Shown piece by piece: positions 54,310-64,000 of a DNA stretch of 64,000 bases. Made by a program: the position numbers and the translations under genes. The first letter of the stretch is position 1. Each line of letters opens with the position of its first letter. Source of the stretch: Octopus vulgaris. Taxonomy: Eukaryota. The stretch spans positions 133,176,001-133,240,000 of the forward strand of contig OX597818.1 in NCBI GenBank assembly GCA_951406725.2. Direction: 5' to 3'. Below the pieces are notes generated by a model, which made no database searches, was not told where the DNA came from, and worked only from the letters and a program-made list of their open reading frames with translations.

Positions 54310-54425
54310 CCGCAAGTTTTCTCTTTCTCTCTTCAGCGAGTTTCATTTTTTTCTTCCTTCTCTCTTTTACTTCTTTGTTGTTGACATTTTCCCCACCAAC
54401 CATTTGTTGTTGAAGTACAAGCAAT
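54310..54425 (-). CDS. KIF17: Internal exon of a KIF17/OSM-3-like kinesin-2 (116 nt, phase 2 to 1)
   Basis: Acceptor ctctctgttatttcag| and donor |gtaatt. Reads (R)LLVLQQQMVGGENVNNKEVKERRKKKMKLAEERKRKLA, matching the KIF17 'LQxLxQQxVGGE..NK..KE..K.....ERR..L' stalk motif. Not in the ORF track in this frame. Confidence 0.88.
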
Positions 54426-54532
54426 CTGAAATAACAGAGAGTGTTGTGACAGCTACCACCATTGCCTCGGGAATTAACTTAGCATTTGAGAGAATGGCAA
54501 TAGAAACTTTAGGAGAAGTATACACACACACA

Positions 54533-54574
<42 letters not shown>

Positions 54575-55359
54575 TGTATACAATATATCCACATATATAT
54601 AGAAATATCTGTATATATGCGTGTATGCATATATAGGTGTGTATATACATATATATTTGTGTGTGTGTGTGTGTATACATATATATTTTTTGAAGTAGAA
54701 CACAAAATAAGACAAAAACCACACATAACAGGTAAGTCAGTTTAAGAGAATGAATAACCACTAAAAGCTCAAAAGAAGAGCAAAACATGGAAAGACAAAG
54801 AGAATTATGGGAACATCTTCAGTTCAACATTATCATTAAAAAAATTCAAAAATTAATAAAATTCAAATGCAACTGTATTATTTATTATGTTCAATGGACA
54901 AAAGAAATCTGGAATTTTAATAAAGCCATTTTGATAAATTGTTCTTACAAAGAAATTGAAAAACTTTATTTTTGTAAATTAAAAGTACATTCAATAACAT
55001 CAAAAACAAAAGAAAGCAAAAATTCTTTAGATTGAAAATGGACAGGAGTTGTCAATTTGTGAAAACAACATATGTGTGTGGATTAGAATTTTACAACTTG
55101 TTCTTTCAAATGGGATTTATAGAAAACAGAACATTGTTCTAATGATTGTGCAGCTTAAATAAAACTCAACTGAAAGAATAATGACAAAAACCACACTGTA
55201 ATAATCACTTGCTATTTTAGAATATTTTGAAAACTTAAAACACTTTTCTAAGTGTTAAGTGACTGCAGGAGATGCATGCAAGCATAACTCTATACACACA
55301 TCTTGATGCTATACAGCAGAACATCTTGCAAAGTATACACTATAAAGTTTAGTATATGA

Positions 55360-55745
55360 CTAGCAGTATCGCCCGGCGTTGCTCAGGTTTGTAAGGGAAA
55401 TAACTATAAAGCATTTTTAGAGAGTTATAGCCAAAAAACAGCAAAAAAATGGAAAAAAAATTATGGTAAATTTGTTTTTGATAGTTAAAAAAGGTGGAGT
55501 TGCGTCCCCTACACAGTTTGTGGTTTGTGTTCCTGATTCTCGACCCCATGTCGAATTTATCGATTTTTTTCAGAACTGGGGGAACTTTTCAAAATTTTCG
55601 CTGCGTTAGTTTTGAATTATGACATTGGGCTATGTGTGTGTCAAGTTTCATCAGAATCGGTTGAAAGCTGTGGTCAGGGTGAGGGTACAAGAAAACAGAC
55701 TCACAGAAACACGCACAGACAAACTGCCGTTTATAGAGAGAGAGA
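55360..55745 (-). mobile_element. Non-autonomous Helitron variant (386 bp)
   Basis: Minus strand A|TC...gagcaacgccgggcgatactgCTAG|T. Same 3' end as the others, different 5' body. Confidence 0.8.
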
Positions 55746-56636
55746 TACTTTTAACATTTCACTGATCAATAGTTTCAAATATAATAAAAGTAATTTAAAA
55801 ACTATAATCTCTGTGAGATTAATTTTATCATTTTGTAATTTTCACAAGAGTTAATATATGCGACAATGTATTTGATGCAATTTGAACCTTAACTCTATCC
55901 TTCCAATATTAGCATGAGCTTCATATAAAAGTATAAAAGCATAACCATAACACCCTATGAAGCTAAATATAATTTACAAATTTAGAAAAATATCTGCTGT
56001 ATGCTTCATAGCAACGTTTCTGATATATTACAGTATATCACTATACATACCATAAGTCAATTAATAACTGGCAACATGTGACTTGCTGTAAAATAATTGA
56101 TACTTGTGTGATATCATGTGAAGATACATAGCCTTGTGGCTAGAGCATTACACTTACAATTGTGAAATTGTGGCTTTGATTTCTGAACTGTGTGTTATGT
56201 TTTGTTCTTGAGCAAAACACTTCATCTCATGTTGCTCTGTGATCGCTTTGACATCTGACATGTGGCATATTGTAGACCATTACAGGCAATGTCGATCTGA
56301 TAGAGGAAGTGAGATAATGTACAACACAAATATTTTGTCACTATAAATAAATCAGCCATGCAGATTGTTCAGCAAGAAATTGCAGAACTGTCTTTTTCAG
56401 ACTTGAGAGACAACTATTAAATGATATCATTAGTATTTACACTACATCAACCAGGCATATTAGATGTTTATAATAATAAGTAATTGGCAGTGTTTTGTGC
56501 CTGTTTGAAATGTTTAGGGTGAAGTTTAATAATCAAGATTGTATTGCTTAGTAATGTGTTCCACTGGATACTAGCATGGCCGTTAAAGGAATACTGAGGT
56601 GGCATCAGTGTTAAGTGCCAGACTACTCATATGGAT

Positions 56637-57018
56637 GGAAGCACTCCGTCGGTTACGACGACGAGGGTTCTGGTTGATCCGATCAACGGAACAGCCTGCT
56701 CATGAAATTAACGTGTAAGTGGCTGAGCACTCCACAGACACGTGTACCCTTAACGCAGTTCTCGGGGATATTCAGCGTGACACAGAGTGTGACAAGGCTG
56801 GCCCTTTGAAATACAGGTACAACAGAAACAGGAAGTAAGAGTGAGAAAAAGTTGTGGTGAAAGAGTACAGCAGGGATCACCACCATCCCTGCCGGAGCCT
56901 CGTGGAGCTTTAGGTGTTTTCGCTCAATAAACACTCACAACGCCCGGTCTGGGAATCGAAACCGCGATCCTATGACCGTGAGTCCGCTGCCCTAACCACT
57001 GGGCCATTGCGCCTCCAC
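56637..57018 (-). mobile_element. SINE family C, full length
   Basis: Homology to the other C copies. Confidence 0.88.
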
Positions 57019-57199
57019 TTGTCATATATGCAAACTAACATTGCACATCCAATAGAGCATGCTGTCTTCATCTCTTTCAAGCCTCCACATATCCACTGCT
57101 GTCACAGTCCATGTTTTGCTGTCATGTAGCATAGTTGTCCACACACAAGCATCATATCACAAGCGTAGCATACAAAGGTTTGAGAAAAAAAAGGGCAGG

Positions 57200-57442
57200 G
57201 AGAATGATAGAGGAAGGCCTCCAGGGATAATCGAGGAAGCCCACTGTCTGAGATTTCTCTGAAACCCTAGGAGCAAGTGTCCTCTCCAATTCCTTCTCTC
57301 CAACTCACAGGTCCACTCTTGCCATTTTAGCAACTTTCACTCATCTTTCAATAAACTCACTCGAGGACAGTGTTTCCCTCTCTACTCTCAATTTCCCTTT
57401 CAATTAAAACTCAAAGAAGTCAATGAGAGCTCTACCAAAGAG

Positions 57443-57446
<4 letters not shown>
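57200..57446 (-). mobile_element. Second fragment of the same Tx1-like family
   Basis: Aligns with about 10725-11008 and abuts a (TAA)n tract. Confidence 0.75.
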
Positions 57447-57514
<68 letters not shown>

Positions 57515-57519
57515 TAATT

Positions 57520-59140
57520 TCAAGTTTTGGGACAAGGCCAACAATTTTGGAGGAGGATAAGTTGATTACATCGACCCCAGTGCTCAACTGGTACTTATTT
57601 TATCAGCCTCAAAGGATAAAAGCCAAAGTTGACCTTGGTGGAATTTGAACTCAGAACTCAAAGACAGATGAAATGTTACTAAGTATTTTGCCAGTGTGGT
57701 AACAGAGCTGCCAGCTTGTCACCTTCATGAGTGCCTAAACATATACCACAAAACATGTTTTTGGAATGCTATAACAATTCTGCTAATCCACTGCTCTCAC
57801 TTTCTTCATAATAATTCTTTCTTCAATAAGAACAAGGCCTGAAATTTAAACACAGAATGTAAAGCTAGAAGAAATGCTGCTGAGCTTTTTGTTCAGTGTG
57901 CTAACGATCTGCCAGCTCACCATATCTATATATATAAAACTGTAGTTGTGTGAGAGTCTGTCTCCTCCGATTTAGATTCCTAACTACTCCCACATTTTGC
58001 GGTGCAGTTTAACCAAATTCGGGTATCTTATAGTCGTGATTCATATCGAGCCCGTCTGGGTATTAGCGCGCGTCTCCGATGAGCCTATGATTTAAAAAAT
58101 AATTTAACATCATTTTTTATTCCATTTTAATGCATAATTTTTCGTGTGTCGATGGCGGCGGAGTTGGCGTCCACGCTCACACCTGCACCTGTTTGCTTCT
58201 CCCCCTTCTTCCCTCCCTCGTGAAGCTGTGGGGAAGGGAGTGTAAAGAAATTAACGTCGTGAAGCGTTGTCAAGGAGACCAGCGTTCTTTTAGAACAACG
58301 ACTTCATGGCTTGAAGACACCAAAACAGAAATGGCTAAGAAAGCCCGAATTGGCATCTATAAGGGAAGTAACTCTCTAAAAATGCTTATATAGTTATTTC
58401 CCTTACAAATCCAAGCAACGCCGGGCGATACTGCTAGTTCTTAATAATTTTTTAAAATTTTGGCACAAAGCCAGCAATTTTAGAGGAGAGGGTCAGTCAA
58501 TTACATTGACCCCAGTACTTCACTGCTACTTTATTTTATCAATACTTAAATGGAACAAAGTCAAAACTGACCTCAGCAGAATTTGAACTCAGAATATAAA
58601 AGAGCTGAAAAATTAAATACCTATTTCTTTACTACCCACAAGGGGCTAAACACAGATAGGACAAACAAGAACAGACAAACTGATTAAGTCGATTATATCG
58701 ACCCCAATGCATAACTGGTACTTAATTTATCAACCCCGAAAGGATGAAAGGCAAAGTCGACCTCGGCGAGATTTGAACTCAGAACGTAACGGCAAACGAA
58801 ATACGGCTACGCATTTCGCCCGGCGTGCTAACGTTTCTGCCAGCTCACCGCCTTAAGAGCTGAAAAATTAAATACCACAAGGTATTTTACCAGATGTTTC
58901 AAGGTTTCTGCCAAAGATTAAAATAATAATTGTTTGTCATAGACATAAGTCCTAAAATGCAAGGAGGGGGTTAGTTGATTAAGTCAACCTCAGTCTTGGT
59001 TGGTATCATATTTTATTGACCCCCAGAGGAATCAAAGACAAAGTTGACCCCAAAAGAATTTGAACTCAGAATGTAAAGATCTAGAACAAATAATGCAAGG
59101 CCTTTTATCCAATGTGCTAATGATTCTGCTAATTCACTGC
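57520..59140 (-). mobile_element. Array of about five co-oriented SINE B-type copies, with a nested Helitron
   Basis: Repeated gaatttgaactcagaa and ggtacttattttat motifs. The young copy at 58622-58854 has a 22-bp TSD (58600-58621 and 58855-58876). Confidence 0.75.
57925..58437 (+). mobile_element. Non-autonomous Helitron (513 bp), same family as 26418
   Basis: A|TC...CTAG|T with subterminal hairpin; inserted in a SINE array. Confidence 0.88.
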
Positions 59141-60976
59141 ATTTACTTTTCATTAAATATAATTTTCCTAAATTTACATCTATTTCTTTTAATAGATTTT
59201 TTTAATTGCAATGATTAACAAATAAAAAGATTAAGTTACTCAAAGATGCCTTTGCTAATAGAAAATATTTAAAACATTAACATAATGTTTATGATCAAGA
59301 CACTTAGCTCACAGTATACCAAGAAGACAGTTGTAGCTCTGTAAAATTCATGTAAAATTGGCAACCATTAAGCTATGTTTTTTGTAGGTAAATTGAGATA
59401 AAGCTACAGATGACTGAATCAATATGGTATTTGACAACTAACTGAGAGGTTTGGTGGTTCATATCTTACCACTGATTTGCAATGTTGGTTTCAAATCCTC
59501 TAATGGGGATATTACCTATGAATAACTGGTATCCTAGCCAAATGAGATTTATGTTTTGTCTACTATCATGCTATCATGAGAGGTTCATGAAAATACTAAC
59601 AATCTGTTTCATACTGTTAACTTAAGTATGTTGTCTCACGGTTAAAAAAAACAACAACAAAGAAAAAACATTACTGAAAGACATTGAATTTAAGTCTTTT
59701 CAGAGAGTAATTTTTATTGTAAAGCAAAATAATCTAGTACAGTTCAATAAGTCCTTGGCCACCATATATCCCATAAGATTATGCAGGTAATCTTAGCAAC
59801 TGCAGCTATAATTAAATAGTTTTTAATGATCACTTGGAATATTTAATCAATAAATTTCATCAAATTTTAGTTCTTTATCAATTTTTATATATGAACGAAG
59901 AGATGAATTAGTTCCTATATAAATCTTGTATATCATGTATAAGTTTGATCAGCTTTTGTTCTATAAAGTTATCTAAATATTCTTGGAAAACAAAATTGTC
60001 AATAGTTTTTACATCACATTTTTATCTAATGAAAATATAAACAAAAATATAACAATAAATACACGCAAGTAAACAAAAAAAATTGTAAAAAAATGTATTT
60101 ATAAAAAATTACAGATAATCTGGTGAAAAGACCAAAGCATTGATTAGTCTGGAATCTTTGTTAAGATTAGAGGAACAAAAAGTAGAAAATATCATATTTG
60201 ACAAATATAGTATAGGAAAATAAATAAAAGATGTATCACTGTATACATTAATACTGATAGAACTAAGGTGATGATCCTTAACCACATTGATAGTGACATT
60301 ATTTGATATACTTTATTACACAGCAACAAAGATGTTGAAAACTTTCCCCAATGAGGGTCAATAAATAGATTCTTGATTCAGTTAGCCACTATGTAACTTT
60401 AGAATTAGGCCTTTCATGTCATCACTCGGTGTTATAATACATGAAAATAAAATATATTTTAAAGCAATTAATTATTGAAAAACTAACACTCACAAGCATC
60501 AAATTGTGCTTTTCTTTTTATAGATTCAATCCTGGCTAGCAGATTGGGATAATTAGTGGAGTAAGCTGGAATATAATTACCAGTAAAGTCATCATAACAT
60601 ACAGTTCAAATCTTAGGTTGAACAGACTATATAATTGCTGTTATGAAGTTATTACAAATCAGTCAGTTTTATATTTTATATACATACAAACTTTTTTTAA
60701 AATAAATTCCACAACTAAAATAAAAGTTGTTTTTTTTTCTCTTTAATTTCAACTCTTTGTTGATGATTTCTTATGGAACACATTAACAATTTCATTTTAC
60801 TAGAAATCCACCTGACCACTGCACTATGGAAAATGGAGAAGACTGCTGTTTGATACAGGAGAGCAAAGGTGAGTAATGTTGCAAGCAGATCTTATAACAT
60901 TCAGTGATTCACCTATTTCTATAATAGCCATACATCCATCCACACATTCATATACACATACATTGGTCCCACAAAT

Positions 60977-61018
<42 letters not shown>

Positions 61019-61106
61019 TTAATAATAAATATTAGGGAATAAATCCAAACTTACAGGGAAAAATCAGATTTAGGATTAAATCCAATTTTATAGTAAAATA
61101 TTATAT

Positions 61107-61156
61107 TATATTAAATTAGAGACAAAACCATATGGTTTTGTCTCTAATTTAATATA
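61107..61156. repeat. Perfect 50-bp palindrome running into (TA)n
   Basis: tatattaaattagagacaaaaccat|atggttttgtctctaatttaatata. The same ttagagacaaaacca motif recurs near 61862 and, inverted, near 47520. Confidence 0.85.
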
Positions 61157-63169
61157 TATATATATATATAATCATCACATTAGTGAGGCCACTGTATGAC
61201 CATCCAATCAGTCACAAATAATTTTAATCTTACTTCAGATTTACCACACTTAAAATTATTGTATGTATTGGTAAAAGTTGACATAAGCCTCCTTCTATTA
61301 AAACAAGAAACAACAAATTACAAACAAGCCAAATCCTCCTTAAATATCATCATAAAAAGGACACCAAAGTTATGAGTAGAGTATCATTGATTATAGAGTT
61401 CTTTCATTAGGGTTCACCAGAGGTTAGACAACAACAAGCAATTTACGAGTAATACACTTTCTAGTTGTTTGGTTAGCCAAACACATATAAAGAAAAGTCT
61501 ACAGCCTTATAAGTGAATTAGTTAGATGGAAACTGAAAGAAGCCTTATGTGTGTTTGTGTGTGTGTGTATTTATATATGCTTATGTATAAAAGTGTTTGA
61601 GTGTACCCATTTCTAGACATAACTGTTGTAAACAAGTATCCTCATCATACAAGCAAGGTTGTTCATTTCCAGTCTTCTAGGAAAAACATTCTGGCCATGG
61701 AAAAAATCTAACTTGGAAACAGGTGAGGGTTGATCTTAGGAAGGAGATCCAGGTGTAGAAAACCTGCCGCGACAAATTCAATTTGACCAATGTAAATACA
61801 ACAAAATGGATAATTGTCACATATTATATTTACAGATATATATATATATATAAAAGTATTTTTAGAGACAAAACCACCCTCAACTCAATCAACATTGAAA
61901 GATATTAAAATATCTAAAACTACTTTTATATATATATGAATAAAATATTGAGAGAACTTCACTTTAGTACCTTTAATTTGAATGTCTCATTCCTGTGGAC
62001 ATGGAAGTAATCTTCCCTAATAATTATAATATATATATATATAGTGAGAGAGAGAGAGAGAGAGAAGGAGAGACAGAGAGAAAACCATGATACATATACA
62101 TACATGCATAGACAGTTATACACATGTACAAACATATGCATATACGCATATATATTTGTGTGAGTGTATGTATGAGTACTCACAAAACAGATAAGTGAGG
62201 TAGGAAGGAAAAAAAGATGTGAATTTTTATATTACAGCAAAAGGAAGCAATGCAAAGGAAAGACTGTCAGTTCTGAAGAATTCCTATATCACTCAGCATT
62301 GTGAATTTCTTTTCTGAGACAAAGACAAAACACTTCCATTTGAAGCCATCCAATTCAGGAAGAGCAAACCAAATGCTAAGGATGTACTGAGCATCTACTT
62401 AACAGAGAACTTCTGTTTTAGACAATTCTATGCATAATGCTTTATTCAAAGTTGTAAAGAAGAGCGGTACTACACTTCTTTTGGAACAAGAATACTGAAT
62501 TTGATGGTGAGAAATTATTTCATTGTCAGCTATGTTTATAAAGACTATTCCATAAATTATTTGCCAGCTGCTGTATTTTTGTCTATTTTCCTTTTCAGTT
62601 TGATTATTTTTAAGAATTAAACATTGATTCTGTATCTTTTATGATTCCAAATCAATATATTTATTGCTTAAAGGCAATGAAGTGGAACAAATGGTGGAGT
62701 ACCCTATTAAATGCCTTAAAGAATTTTGTTTCAGTCTTTTATGTTAAGAGTCTGAAAACTGCCTGTGAAAAGGAATACAAGTTCTAGTTTGTTCAATGCT
62801 AATGTGGTCAGTAATATCAGTAATATATTGGTGTCAATACACTGTAAAATAAATAACTCAACTATGTCGTTTCTAACCCCTTTTTGAGATGGGATGATAA
62901 GAGGAGGAGGAATGAATGAGTGGACATGGCACAAGACCAGCCATCCCCAAGGAGTTGCAGCTACTGGAGAGAAAGAGAGAGAGAGAGAGAGAGTGAGAAA
63001 GAGTGAGAGAAAAACAGGGAGAGACAGAATGAGGGAGAGAAAGAGATGGCGAAACAGAGAGAGAGAGAGAAAGGAGATAGTACATCAATTGGCCAGAGAT
63101 TGGAGGATGGCCACTGTGATTGCAGTAGAAAATACAAAGAGGAGACAGCTATGCATATATGTATACAAG

Positions 63170-63241
63170 TAATGTACCGAACTCAAAACGGAATATTATA
63201 TATCCTCAACTGCACCGAGTGAAACCAGGCTTAGCTGCTAG
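63170..63241 (+). mobile_element. Possible 3' end of another Helitron family
   Basis: ccgagtgaaaccagg...gCTAG|T; 5' end not located. Confidence 0.35.
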
Positions 63242-63261
63242 TATATATATGCATATATATA

Positions 63262-63303
<42 letters not shown>

Positions 63304-63479
63304 CACACACACACATATAAATGTCAAATGATGAAATGAGTTCTCAACACTGCATTAGTGGATATATGATTTCTTTATTCGGGAATTAACACTACCATTG
63401 GTCTCATGGTGTATATATATATAGTGATTATATAGCACATGAAATGATGGTGTAGTGTATTCAGGTTGAAGGCAATTGT

Positions 63480-63810
63480 ATGTTTATGAGTTCTGCCAAA
63501 TGTGAGCTTTCTTTTCAGATACATGCCATTACAAACCTTCAAATCCTTGCTTTCAAATGCCTCTTTCCATTTCCAAAACTTCTCACTCAATCCCTCCATC
63601 ATCTCACTCATCAGAACAAGGCCATCTGCATACAACATCTCCATTAGCAATCCCTCTCTTCACTCACTATTACCACATCAACCATTATTGCAAACAACAA
63701 GGGTGACAACACAGATCCCTGATGCATGCCAACTTTCACTGCAAACTCTTCCAACAGTTCTGATCCAGCTCTAACTCTTGTCTTTACTTCTTCATATAAA
63801 CTCATCCCTG
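63480..63810 (-). mobile_element. RTE reverse-transcriptase fragment
   Basis: VGMHQGSVLSPLLFAIMVD / MLYADGLVL, frameshifted, with YADD decayed. Confidence 0.85.
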
Positions 63811-64000
63811 TATATATATATATATACACACATATATATATATAAATGTATGTATGTATGTATGCATATACGTATGTATGTATGTATGTGTGTGTGTATA
63901 AAGCACCATTCGAGCATGATCATTACCAGTGTCACCTTACTGGCACTTGTGCCGGTGGCATGTGAAAAAACATTCAAGTGAGGTTGTTGCCAGTGCTGCT

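Overview
AT-rich, microsatellite-dense eukaryotic DNA. The SINE, LINE and microsatellite content suggests an octopod cephalopod (inference). The window lies inside a minus-strand kinesin-2 gene (KIF17/OSM-3-like). Two exons are confidently read (54310-54425 and 48410-48516); they join in frame and encode the stalk/tail coiled coil. Several short frame-preserving cassette or terminal exon candidates lie in the long downstream intron. The rest is transposon-derived: at least four tRNA-headed SINE families, 3' fragments of CR1, RTE, Tx1 and R4/Dong LINEs, a decayed mariner, TTAA MITEs, non-autonomous Helitrons and Penelope-like fragments in (TA)n tracts. The most striking element is at 42410-42815. 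It is a 359-nt, highly self-complementary unit with a 40-nt terminal redundancy, a 12-bp target-site duplication and a type I hammerhead ribozyme, which fits a retrozyme-like insertion copied from a small circular RNA. Further hammerhead motifs (one with an intact core at 7281-7368) and several fold-back duplications anchored on (TA)n tracts are also present. Almost none of the supplied long ORFs are real genes. All family assignments are by eye, without database searches, and boundaries of degenerate repeats are approximate.
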